Below are positions 1 to 9,800 of a stretch of 64,000 nucleotides of DNA, piece by piece. Both the position numbers and the translations under genes were made by a program. Position 1 is the stretch's first letter. Every line of letters begins with the position of its first letter. Under the pieces are notes generated by a model, which made no database searches, had not been told where the DNA came from, and worked only from the letters and a program-made list of their open reading frames with translations. Origin of the DNA: Candidatus Magasanikiibacteriota bacterium (GTDB lineage Bacteria > Patescibacteriota > Patescibacteriia > Magasanikbacterales > UBA922); NCBI GenBank assembly GCA_021648085.1, contig JAKITS010000001.1, positions 452,948-516,947 on the forward strand. Reading direction: 5' to 3'.

Positions 1-176
1 AAACTATAGGAGTTATCAAAACCCTAAAAGCTGTTATTTTGTTTGGTGTCCAAGTTTTTGGCCACTTCTTCATAAAAACTCTATACAAAAATTTATCGTG
101 TGGATGCACCTCTTGTGCCTTTTGAAACCTAAATAAATCTTTGTGAGTTTTTACATAATGGTTGAAAATTCTCATA
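1..176 (-). CDS. partial CDS (N-terminal ~58 codons, continues past window start); hypothetical protein
   Basis: Minus-strand frame open from ATG (rc) at 174-176 (MRIFNHYVKTHKDLFRFQKAQEVHPHDKF...) to the window edge without a stop. An alternative internal start at 72-74 (MKKWPKTW...) would leave a more plausible ~120-nt divergent promoter region. Not in the supplied ORF track because it is truncated at the edge. Confidence 0.3.
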
Positions 177-195
177 ACTCTGCTAAAATATAAAA

Positions 196-2286
196 ATGAA
201 GTATATCAATAATTTAAAGTATATCACTTTTTCACTACTAATTTCAACAGTTGTGTTGTTTTCACTTTGGAAAATAACAAATCCCTATTTAAGCACAGTT
301 ATTTTTTTAATATTTTTAATATTTTTTGGTTATAAATTTGGAAAATTTTTTGTGTTGAAATGCAAACTGTGGCAAACTTTTTTCGGTATAATTTCTGTTT
401 TATTATTACTAATCTCTATTCTCACCATTATTTATTGGTTCTACGAAATAAATATAAACACAGTTTCATTTTCAATTTTATCTATTACCTTAATTTCATT
501 TTTTTTAAATTCTAAAAAAAGTAAATGTCATTTACTAAAAAAATTATCCGAAGTTTCATTTCAAGAAAAGATTAGTTTATTTTCTAAAACACTATTCACA
601 TCATTTGTTATCTTATCTTTTGTACTTTTTTATACACTTCTTACAAAAAATTATGGTGACACACTAAGCTCTCCGTGGACTATTATTGGTCCAAAATTTT
701 TTATAGTTTTCACACTTACCTCTTTTTTACTACTTTTACTTTTGCAAACTGCAAAAAATAAAATTATAAAAATATTTTCAACTACAATTTATTTTGCACT
801 ATTTTTAAGTGTAGCTATAATTATTTTTAAATACGGTTTTGGTTTTGACCCGTTTATTCACCAAGCTGCAGAAAAATTTATCAAAGAAAATGGTGCAATT
901 TATCCAAAACAACCATACTATCTTGGGCAATACTCCTTAGTTTTACTTATTCATTTTCTCACAAATTTCTCTATAGAAATTATAGACAAAGCCTTAGTTC
1001 CAATTTCTTCTGCAATTTTAATTCCACTTTCTACTTATTTTACTTTCAAAAAATTAGAATTTAAAAAATTTACTATCATCTCTATTGCTCTAATTCCACT
1101 TTTTCCACTTTCATTTTTTATACAAACCACACCAAACAGCTTGAGCTTATTACTTTTTTATGTTGTAATTCTCTGGATTTGGAAAGAATTCAAAGAAACT
1201 AATTGGCGTTCAAATTTATTTGGAATTTTAACCAGTCTTACAATCTGCCTAATTCACCCACTTATTGGAATTCCAACTCTAATTATTTATATATTCTCAC
1301 TTTTGGATAAAAATAATAAAATATTTTCAAAAATGTACGGAGTACTTCTTGTGCTCGCTATTCCAACCACACTTATTGCAAGCAGTTTACTTTCTTCAGG
1401 AAAACCAAATATACATTTTAATCCAACCAACTTTTTAGAATTATTCAAACAACCATTTTGGTATATTTTTGAAAACGCACCTATTATTTGGCGACTCTTA
1501 TATTTTGCAAAATCTTTACTAATTCCAACTATTATTTTAATTGCTATTTATGGTTTTTTTATAACAACTCAAAAATACAAATTTACAAAAGCAAACTTTT
1601 TTGCAAAAACAATTGTATATTTATTTATTTCTGCTTTTATAACAAGTTCTGTTTTATTTTTTACAGATGTAATCTCGTACGAACAGGCAAATTATGCAAA
1701 AAGAATTTTAACAATGGTATCTCTAATTTTAATTCCTTTTATTGCAATTTCATTTCGTGAATTTTTTATTAAATTTTCCACAACTATTTTCAAAAAAGTA
1801 ATTATTTCTATTTTAGGATCTATTTTTCTACTTGGCTCATTTTATTTTACATATCCAACTCGCGACAAAGTTTCATTTTATACAGGTTTTACCGTTCGCG
1901 ATGCAGACATAGAAGTTGTAAATTTTATAGAAAACAGAAACAAAGACCAAGACTATATAGTAATCACAAATCAAATAATTTCTGCTGCAGCTATCCATGA
2001 GTTTGGATTTAAAAAATATTACAATACTGTAGAAGGAGAACAGTTTTTTTACTCAATACCTACCGGCGGACCAATGTACAAATTCTTTGGCAAAATGGTT
2101 TACGAGGATGCCAAAAAAGAATGGATGATAGAAGCTATGGATTTTATGGGAGTAGACAAGGCATACTTTGTACACACCAGCTACTGGGCTCCAGCTGGAG
2201 AAATTCGTGACAAAGCAAAACTAGAAGCCGACGCTTGGTGGGAGTTTGGACCAATGCAACTCTGGGTTTATGAGTACACAAGATAA
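196..2286 (+). CDS. polytopic integral membrane protein (>=12 hydrophobic helices) with ~190-aa C-terminal soluble domain; possibly a GT-C-type membrane glycosyltransferase
   Basis: 696-aa ORF. The N-terminal ~500 aa are almost entirely hydrophobic helices; the C-terminal ~190 aa are hydrophilic (…TRDKVSFYTGFTVRDADIEVVNFIENRNKDQDYIVITNQ…). Function inferred only from architecture. Confidence 0.5.
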   Translation: MKYINNLKYITFSLLISTVVLFSLWKITNPYLSTVIFLIFLIFFGYKFGKFFVLKCKLWQTFFGIISVLLLLISILTIIYWFYEININTVSFSILSITLISFFLNSKKSKCHLLKKLSEVSFQEKISLFSKTLFTSFVILSFVLFYTLLTKNYGDTLSSPWTIIGPKFFIVFTLTSFLLLLLLQTAKNKIIKIFSTTIYFALFLSVAIIIFKYGFGFDPFIHQAAEKFIKENGAIYPKQPYYLGQYSLVLLIHFLTNFSIEIIDKALVPISSAILIPLSTYFTFKKLEFKKFTIISIALIPLFPLSFFIQTTPNSLSLLLFYVVILWIWKEFKETNWRSNLFGILTSLTICLIHPLIGIPTLIIYIFSLLDKNNKIFSKMYGVLLVLAIPTTLIASSLLSSGKPNIHFNPTNFLELFKQPFWYIFENAPIIWRLLYFAKSLLIPTIILIAIYGFFITTQKYKFTKANFFAKTIVYLFISAFITSSVLFFTDVISYEQANYAKRILTMVSLILIPFIAISFREFFIKFSTTIFKKVIISILGSIFLLGSFYFTYPTRDKVSFYTGFTVRDADIEVVNFIENRNKDQDYIVITNQIISAAAIHEFGFKKYYNTVEGEQFFYSIPTGGPMYKFFGKMVYEDAKKEWMIEAMDFMGVDKAYFVHTSYWAPAGEIRDKAKLEADAWWEFGPMQLWVYEYTR

Positions 2287-2325
2287 TAACAATTAAAAAA
2301 GTCTTGCATAAAATACAAGACTTTG

Positions 2326-2592
2326 TTATTCACAACAATATTCAGCAAAAATATCAACATACTTATCTATTATTTCCCCACGGTATACAGATTTTCTAAC
2401 CTTACTGCTAAAGTTAGAATAATGCTCCATTATATCAGTTAGACTATCATTGAAACCATACTCATCTAGACCGCTCAACCTCAAAGCTTCGTTCAATAGC
2501 TCTAGTTCAATTTCTAAAAGTCTATCGAAGTTTTGCGTGATTGCCGCATCATGCAACAATTCACTAAGTTCTTCTTTTTTCATCTCAATCAC
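2326..2592 (-). CDS. hypothetical acidic protein (~85 aa), second gene of coupled pair
   Basis: ORF MIEMKKEELSELLHDAAITQNFDRLLEIELELL…, rich in E/D. Its start overlaps the stop of the upstream ORF. Confidence 0.45.
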   Translation of the reverse strand: MIEMKKEELSELLHDAAITQNFDRLLEIELELLNEALRLSGLDEYGFNDSLTDIMEHYSNFSSKVRKSVYRGEIIDKYVDIFAEYCCE

Positions 2593-2908
2593 CGTGCAGT
2601 GGGCGGATCATATAATTCCAATTTTCCAAAAATCTATTCTCTATTTCCTCTCTTTCAGACATTTTTGCAGTTTTATACCTTCTCACCAATCCCCAAAATT
2701 TTACCTTAAAATTTGACCTTCTTATTGCTCTCTCATTTTCTGGAATTCTGTTTGCCAAAAAGTCTACAAAAATACCCTCCAACATTTTATCAAATTTTTC
2801 AACAGCTTCTATATGATTTTTTCTTGATGTTCTTACAATATCTCTAAATTTATTTATTCTTTCCTTATTTACAGAATCAGAGCCTGGATACCTAAAAGAA
2901 TTTTGCAT
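2585..2908 (-). CDS. hypothetical protein (107 aa), first gene of a translationally coupled pair
   Basis: ORF with no recognisable motif. Its stop TGA overlaps the GTG/ATG start region of the downstream ORF (GGTGATTGAGATG). Confidence 0.45.
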   Translation of the reverse strand: MQNSFRYPGSDSVNKERINKFRDIVRTSRKNHIEAVEKFDKMLEGIFVDFLANRIPENERAIRRSNFKVKFWGLVRRYKTAKMSEREEIENRFLENWNYMIRPLHGD

Positions 2909-3046
2909 TACACCACCTCCTATTTTATTTTGTGATTTACTGATGTTTTTTTACTTCTTTTTGCTCTACGAACAGAATGATTGTGTGCCATTTTTTACCT
3001 CCAAATGTAAAGAACCTCTTAAATCTTACCAGATTATACTATTTTT

Positions 3047-4111
3047 TCAAATATTTAAAATTAAATTAGCCAAAGATCTAGCGTCCCCAGGCTTGTACAT
3101 TTTTCCAGTTTTTCTATTCAAAAGCTCGCCAACTCCACCAGTATTTGATGCTATCACACTTAAATTATTTTCCAAAGCTTCCAATATTACATTTGGTTTA
3201 TTTTCCAAACAAACAGAGCAAAAAACAAGTGTATCGCATTTTTTATACATTTTATTCAAATCTTCTTTTCCAAGCTTTCCATATACAAAAACTCTCTTAT
3301 CCTCTTTTTTCAATTTAAAATTATCTTTTACCATTGGTCCATCTCCCACAATATGAAGTTCAACTTTTTTTTCTTTTGAAATCATACGCCAAGCATCCAA
3401 TAAAACTTGAACTCCTTTATTTTTATTCAAAGTACCTACAAATAAAAATTTATTATTTTTAACTTTCTTTTTTAAATTACTAGTTTTTCTAAACTCATTA
3501 TTAGTTTTTCTCCACAAACTCTCTTCAAAAAAACCCCTACTTTTATAAAAATTCTTTATAAATTCAGACGGGTAAAATACAAAATTAGGACTTCCAATTT
3601 TCTTCTTCACAAAAAAACTATAAATTTTTTGATGGATTAAATCTTTTTTATGATTCCATTTCAAAATCCCGCTTGGTTCTACTAATTGAACATCGTGCAA
3701 TGTATGAATATGCTCTATTTTCAAACTATCAATTAACTTTGGAATAAAAAATCCAAGCCCAGTCAAATTGTGAGTATGCACAGTATCTGGATTGGTTTCT
3801 ATAAAAATTCTTTCAATTTCTTTTTTACCCCAAAAACTAAACTTATCAAGAAAATGCCAAACAAATTTATGTAAAAAGTTTTTTGATGATAATTCTTTAT
3901 AACCAAAAATATTAAACTTTGGAATTCTATAAACACTAATTCCATCTTCCTCTATTTTTGTTGTTTTATTATTATCATCACAATTCAAAGTTATAATAAA
4001 AACTTTTCTACCTTTATTTTTATGCTTTTTTGCAATCTTAAAAACAACTGTTTCAGCTCCTCCAACCGAATTTGGTGGATATAAATTGTTTACCAAACAA
4101 ATCTTTTTCAT
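3047..4111 (-). CDS. glycosyltransferase family 1 (GT4-type)
   Basis: N-terminus MKKICLVNNLYPPNSVGGAETVV is typical of the Glyco_transf_4 N-domain. C-terminal GT1 motif …TLVFCSVCLENKPNVILEALENNLSVIASNTGGVGELL. Confidence 0.8.
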   Translation of the reverse strand: MKKICLVNNLYPPNSVGGAETVVFKIAKKHKNKGRKVFIITLNCDDNNKTTKIEEDGISVYRIPKFNIFGYKELSSKNFLHKFVWHFLDKFSFWGKKEIERIFIETNPDTVHTHNLTGLGFFIPKLIDSLKIEHIHTLHDVQLVEPSGILKWNHKKDLIHQKIYSFFVKKKIGSPNFVFYPSEFIKNFYKSRGFFEESLWRKTNNEFRKTSNLKKKVKNNKFLFVGTLNKNKGVQVLLDAWRMISKEKKVELHIVGDGPMVKDNFKLKKEDKRVFVYGKLGKEDLNKMYKKCDTLVFCSVCLENKPNVILEALENNLSVIASNTGGVGELLNRKTGKMYKPGDARSLANLILNI

Positions 4112-4204
4112 ATCTTATATTCTGTCAACACCTATTTATTAACACATTTTACACAGTTTATCAACTTGTGGCAAAACAAAAAGTAGGATACCATACGAAT
4201 TGTT

Positions 4205-5641
4205 ATGATAAAACAAACAGAATTAGGAAGAATTCCACCGCAAAACCTTGATGCCGAAAAATCTTTAATCGGTTCTATTTTGGTTGATCCAAATGCAATG
4301 CTAAAAATTGCAGACATGATTGAGGCAGATGATTTTTACAAAAGAGCTCATGCAAAAATATTTGAATCGATCTCCGAACTATACTCAAAAAATGAGCCCG
4401 TAGACCTACTTGTATTGAGCAATAAGCTCGAAGAGAAGGGAATACTAGAAAACATAGGCGGAAAATCTTATTTAGCTCAACTGTCCAATTCTGTACCCAC
4501 ATCATCACACGCAAAACATTATGCAGAAATAATAAAAAGAAAAGCAACACTTAGGAAACTAAGTGAGGTTAGCGAAAAAATTAGCGACCTAGTTTTTGGA
4601 GAAGAGACTGATGATGTGGAAGCAGTATTAGACAATGCCCAGCAATTGATGTACGGCGTCACAGAAAAACATTTAAAACAAAATTTCTCGCCAATTAGAT
4701 CCATTCTTAGTGACACATTTGAAAGAATAGATGAGCTGCACAGAGATAAAGGTAAAATGCGTGGAGTCCCAACTGGTTTTACAGATTTAGACAAACTATT
4801 GGCAGGACTACAAAAATCTGACCTAATTATTTTGGCAGCCCGCCCTTCTGTCGGAAAGACTTCTTTTGCTTTAGATATTGCCAGAAACGCAGCTGTGCAA
4901 GCCAAAGTTGGAGTTGGTCTTTTTTCATTGGAGATGAGCAAAGAACAACTTGTAGACCGTATGCTATGTGCACAAGCAAATATAAACTTGTGGAAAATGA
5001 GAAATGGAAGTTTGTCCGACAGTCCAGACAGTGATGACTTCAAAAAAATTGGCTCAGCGATGGGAGTTTTGTCCGAAGCTCCAATTTTTATAGACGACAG
5101 TGCTGGCGCAAATATAACTCAAATAAGAACCAAAGCTAGAAGATTAAAAACAGAACACGATATAGGACTTATTGTAATAGACTATTTGCAGTTGATGAGT
5201 AGTGCAGGCAGAAGATCTGACAATCGTGTTCAAGAAGTCGCTGATATGAGTCGTGGATTGAAACTTCTCGCTCGTGAATTAAATATTCCACTTCTTGTGC
5301 TTTCTCAGCTTTCCCGTGCAGCAGAACAAACTAAACCAGCAATACCAAAACTTTCTCATTTGCGTGATTCAGGAAGTATTGAGCAGGATGCTGATGTTGT
5401 TATTTTTTTATATAGAAAAGCAACCGACAGAAACTATAGACCAGAAGACATAACACCGCAAGAAAGATCTATCGCAGAAGTACACATCGCCAAACACAGA
5501 AATGGACCAGTTGGAATGATAAAAACATTTTTTGATGAAACTCAAGCCAGTTTCAAAAACTTAGACACAAGGTTTCAAACCACAGAACCACCCCAACAAC
5601 ATCAAGGAAGTGCACCCGTTCCAGAGGCTCCGCCGTTTTAA
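4205..5641 (+). CDS. dnaB: replicative DNA helicase DnaB
   Basis: N-terminal DnaB domain (PQNLDAEKSLIGSILVDP). Walker A ARPSVGKTSFALDIA. RecA-like motifs IVIDYLQLM and SQLSRAAEQ; H-motif …HRNGP. Confidence 0.95.
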   Translation: MIKQTELGRIPPQNLDAEKSLIGSILVDPNAMLKIADMIEADDFYKRAHAKIFESISELYSKNEPVDLLVLSNKLEEKGILENIGGKSYLAQLSNSVPTSSHAKHYAEIIKRKATLRKLSEVSEKISDLVFGEETDDVEAVLDNAQQLMYGVTEKHLKQNFSPIRSILSDTFERIDELHRDKGKMRGVPTGFTDLDKLLAGLQKSDLIILAARPSVGKTSFALDIARNAAVQAKVGVGLFSLEMSKEQLVDRMLCAQANINLWKMRNGSLSDSPDSDDFKKIGSAMGVLSEAPIFIDDSAGANITQIRTKARRLKTEHDIGLIVIDYLQLMSSAGRRSDNRVQEVADMSRGLKLLARELNIPLLVLSQLSRAAEQTKPAIPKLSHLRDSGSIEQDADVVIFLYRKATDRNYRPEDITPQERSIAEVHIAKHRNGPVGMIKTFFDETQASFKNLDTRFQTTEPPQQHQGSAPVPEAPPF

Positions 5642-5667
5642 AATAACTAATTATAAAAATAAATTAT

Positions 5668-5697
5668 CCCCTGGGCAAAAGCCCCAGGGTATTTTTT
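5668..5697 (+). terminator. Rho-independent terminator after dnaB
   Basis: Hairpin ccctggg-caaaagc-cccaggg followed by tattttttg. A second hairpin (acaccgagg…cctcggtgt, 5713-5734) lacks a T-run. Confidence 0.55.
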
Positions 5698-5856
5698 GTT
5701 TTAATTGTTTCCACACCGAGGCAAGCCTCGGTGTATTACTATGAATTAAACAAGAGATGCACTTCTCTTATTTTTTTTTAATTCCATAAAAAACTAGACA
5801 AAAAGCAGGTTTTTAGCTAAGATAGAGACTATATAACATTTTTAATTATAAATATT

Positions 5857-6159
5857 ATGTTTAACAAACTGAAACAATTCAAAGATTTGAGAGACAAGGC
5901 AAAAGAACTACAAAAAGAATTGGAAAAAGAAACAATTACAGTAAATTCTGCTAGTGGAAAAGTAACACTTGTGATGGACGGAACTATGGCAATGAAAGAT
6001 TTGCAAATAGATGCAGAAATGCTTTCACCAGACAAAAAAGAAAAACTTCAAAACGCTATAAAAGATGCACACAAAGATGCAATGAAAAAAATGCAGCGCA
6101 TAATGGCAATGAAAATGAAAGATATGGGGGGATTACCGAATATTCCAGGTCTGAATTAG
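5857..6159 (+). CDS. ybaB: nucleoid-associated protein YbaB/EbfC
   Basis: 100-aa protein with MFNKLKQFKDLRDKAKELQKELEKE…VTLVMDGTMAMKDLQID, the typical YbaB/EbfC pattern. Sits in the classic position upstream of recR. Confidence 0.9.
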   Translation: MFNKLKQFKDLRDKAKELQKELEKETITVNSASGKVTLVMDGTMAMKDLQIDAEMLSPDKKEKLQNAIKDAHKDAMKKMQRIMAMKMKDMGGLPNIPGLN

Positions 6160-6185
6160 AGCTCTAATTACAGAAAAACGGATCT

Positions 6186-6812
6186 TTGTATGAACAAGGA
6201 TTACGAACGAAAATAATGTATCCTCAACCAATTCACAGACTCAAAAATGCACTAAAAAAATTACCAGGCGTAGGCCATAGAACTGCTGAACGCTATATTT
6301 TTTATTTGTTAAAATCTGGAAAAGGTGAGGTTGCAGAGCTTATAAATGCACTGAACAATGTCATACAAAATGTAAAAAGTTGTCAAATTTGTTGGGATTT
6401 TGGAAATACTGACCCCTGCTCAATCTGTATGAATCCCAAAAAAGATAGGACAAAAATTTGTGTCGTTGCAGAATCGCAACACACAAAAACAATACTAAAC
6501 ACAACTAAATACAATGGGCTTTTTCATGTATTACGAGGAACTCTTAGTTCTGAAGTGGACAATTTAGAGCAGTTAAAAATTGAAAGTCTACTAAAAAGAA
6601 TAATAATGAACCCGCAAGTAAATGAAATAATTCTTGCATTAAACCCAGATTTAGAAGGTGAGACTACAATTTTGTATTTATCCAAAAAAATACACGAAAT
6701 AAGAGAAATTAAAATAACTCGTTTGGCTCGTGGACTTCCAATGGGAAGTGATATGCTTTATGCGGACGACATTACACTATCAAATGCATTAGACAACAGA
6801 ACAGTAAGTTAA
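6186..6812 (+). CDS. recR: recombination protein RecR
   Basis: HhH motif LPGVGHRTAERY. C4 zinc finger CQICWDFGNTDPCSIC. Toprim region ICVVAESQHTKTI. The true start may be the internal ATG at 6216 (MYPQPIHRL…). Confidence 0.9.
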   Translation: MYEQGLRTKIMYPQPIHRLKNALKKLPGVGHRTAERYIFYLLKSGKGEVAELINALNNVIQNVKSCQICWDFGNTDPCSICMNPKKDRTKICVVAESQHTKTILNTTKYNGLFHVLRGTLSSEVDNLEQLKIESLLKRIIMNPQVNEIILALNPDLEGETTILYLSKKIHEIREIKITRLARGLPMGSDMLYADDITLSNALDNRTVS

Positions 6813-6831
6813 AAAAATCAAACCTGTCAAC

Positions 6832-6860
6832 ACAAAAACCCGCATTTCGCGGGTTTTTTT
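6832..6860. terminator. bidirectional Rho-independent terminator (A-run/hairpin/T-run)
   Basis: aaaaa-cccgc-atttc-gcggg-ttttttt lies immediately 3' of both recR (+) and the giant surface protein gene (-). It is also part of duplicated segment copy 1. Confidence 0.65.
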
Positions 6861-6866
6861 ATGTTT

Positions 6867-9800
6867 TTATTTTAACTCTTTTCCTATTTCGTATTCTTCA
6901 TCATTTTTTATCGTCACTATTCTATCCCACCTAAAATTCAATCTACTAAAGGCTTCCTCGTTTTTAATATGTCTTTTTACTTGTTTTGTCTGGTCTGTTA
7001 GGTCTGGCTCTAGCCTAAATACTTCTGGGTTATTTTCATATTTAACAAGTGTGTAGTTTGGATGGCGATTTGTATAATCTATTATCTCACCAATTGTGTA
7101 TTTATTGAGAAGTCTTGGGTCAATATCTTCTATCCAATTCCAACTATAGTTTAGCTTATTAAATACTTCTTCAGAGTCTATCCAATATTTTTGATTACCA
7201 AGAAGTAGGTACACCATTGGATCTGTTGTTATTTTTACGAGAGCACCATATTTTGGATCATATTTTGGACCCCAAGGCATAAAACCTAAAGTGTCATCTT
7301 CTACTGTTTCTAGTCTTTTCTCTTCTACTATCTCCACATTATTCCAAGAGTCAAAGTATGTGTAGAAAACATCTGCCCTACTAAAAGCTCTTTTTTTACA
7401 GTCTGGTGTAACAAGATATACGGCAGAAGAGTTTGGTGTTTTATATACTCCACCTTCTTTTAGACTGCAGTCTGAACCTTGTTTTTCTGTTTGAGTATCA
7501 GTCTCAGTTTCTGTATTTAACTCATTTAACAGAATTGTGTCAAAATATGTTGATGCTGTTCCACCGCTTGAAAGAAATTTAGAATAAACAGTTTTTTCTC
7601 CATTTCCAGAAGGCAGTTTCCAGTTTAATTTTGAGGTAAATGGTGTAAATACTGAACCAGCAAAATCTTTTGAATTTGAAACTGCCATTCTATCTGCATC
7701 TAATATGTTAAAAGTTATAGTTACATCTCTTGACTCTGTTGTATAAGCTCCATAATTTATTACAACTGGATTAGAAATTTCTGATTCATCTGTTAAATTT
7801 ATTAGATTAATTTTCACAGAATCATAATTTAAAAACTCTGCATACTCTATTTCCAAATCTAAAACTCCATCTTTGTTTGTGTCTACTTTTTGACTCACAC
7901 CCTTTATTAGGTTCAATATAATTGGGTCTGACTCAATTGTTACCGTAATACTCTCTTTTGCTATTCTAGAGACAAACACACTATGAAAAGAAGCTCCAAC
8001 TTCTGCAGATTTTTCTTCTTGCAGGAAAAACTCTGTAAATAATAATCCTGACGATACACTTTCCGTAGCTGGAGTTTTGGATGGAGTTGGTGGTGGTGCA
8101 AAGAATCCACCGCCGGTAGACGCAACATCGTCATCTGTAATAGTTGCGGTTACACTTGCGATAGTTAAGCTGTCAAAGTTAGAGTCTGAGCTTGCAGATG
8201 TGTTTGAGATTATAGTTGTAGTCTCGCCATCAACCTCGCTATCATCTGTAGCTGTGACTGTCACAGTTTGTTCTGTATCCCAATTTGCATTTGTAAAGGT
8301 GAGGTCAGAGGAAGAAAGACTAACTTCTGAGTTTGATAGTGCGGCTGACACAGTTACATCGTCCGTAGGTTGTGCGTCTAAAACCGCAGTGTATGTGTCA
8401 GTTGTTGACCCTTCTGTCACAGAAACAGACGAAAGAGAGATTGTAACTCCTGCTGTATCATTGTTTGTAATTGTATATGTGTAAGTTGTAGTAGAACCTA
8501 GCGAACCTCCAACAGGGTTTGATATTGTTATTATTAGAGTTTCATCATTTTCAACCAAGTCATCATCTACTACAACCAAACTCAAAGAAGTTGTTGTGTT
8601 TCCATTTGTAATTGAAGCCGTTCCGCTAGAAAGTGTGTAATCTGTTCCACTTCCTGTTGCTGTTCCTCCTGTTATTGCATAATCTACTGAGACATCACTT
8701 ACTACACTTTGATCTGAAGAAATTAAGACAGAGACTGCTGTTGTTCCCTCATCTCCAGAAGCTGTGGTTGCAGAAAAATTAATCTCATAATCAAACTGCC
8801 AACGAGTATTATTTCCAGAATCACTACAACCGGTTGTACATACTATTTGTGTACTACTTAAGTTATTATTATCTTTTACATCTAGATATTGTGCGCTCGT
8901 TGTACTTTTTGGATCAAACTTTGTCTGTGTTCCAGAGCTACTACTTCTTAGGCTCAAAAGATTTCCAGATGTTCCTGCCAAAGTTAGAGTTCCATTTACT
9001 GTTGTGGTCGTACTAGCTGGAAGTGTAAAAGTGTTTGCAGATGAGTCTGTTTTAGTTAGGTTATAAAAAGTATTTGCACCAGAAATTGTCTGGCTTGCGC
9101 CAACAAAGTCTACCGTACTTGAGTTTGGTGTAAGTGTACCTCCTGTGTTTAGGAAGTCTCCTGTTATATTTAATGTTCCAGTTGCTGAATATATTCCAGA
9201 TGCCAAAGTTATATCATTATTTATATTTGTTGTTGCAACACTCGGAGCCAAACTATCTCCAGAATCTGTAAAATTTATAGAAATATCATAAAAATCCACA
9301 ATAGAAGTAGAATAAGCATCTGAACTTGCATCACCATTTCCAACATATTCTACTGTTCCTGAATCTGTGTCATTTGTAAGTGTTACAGTCTCACCTCCTT
9401 GAATACGAAGTGTTCCATCGTTGCTAAATGTACTTGAAACAGTTAAATTATTTCCATTTAATGCGACTGTTCCAGAGCTAATTGTCATTGTGCTTGTAGC
9501 TACCGTACTCGTATTGAATGTATATGTTCCACCTCCTGTGAAAGAAACATCATAAAAAGTTGAAAAACTTGGAAGAGTGTATGAACTAGCTCCATAAAAT
9601 ATAGCTGAACTTCCAGAGCTAAAACTAGGATAAGTTGCGTTTGTTGTAACAGTCTCACCACCTTGCATTTTTAAAATTCCACCATCTTGTACCACTACTG
9701 TTCCAGAAGATCCATTTACTATTAAAGTATTTCCGTTTAGGTCTAAGGTTCCTTCTATTATGTTTAAATCTGTATTCGCATAATCCATTGTTAAACCAGA

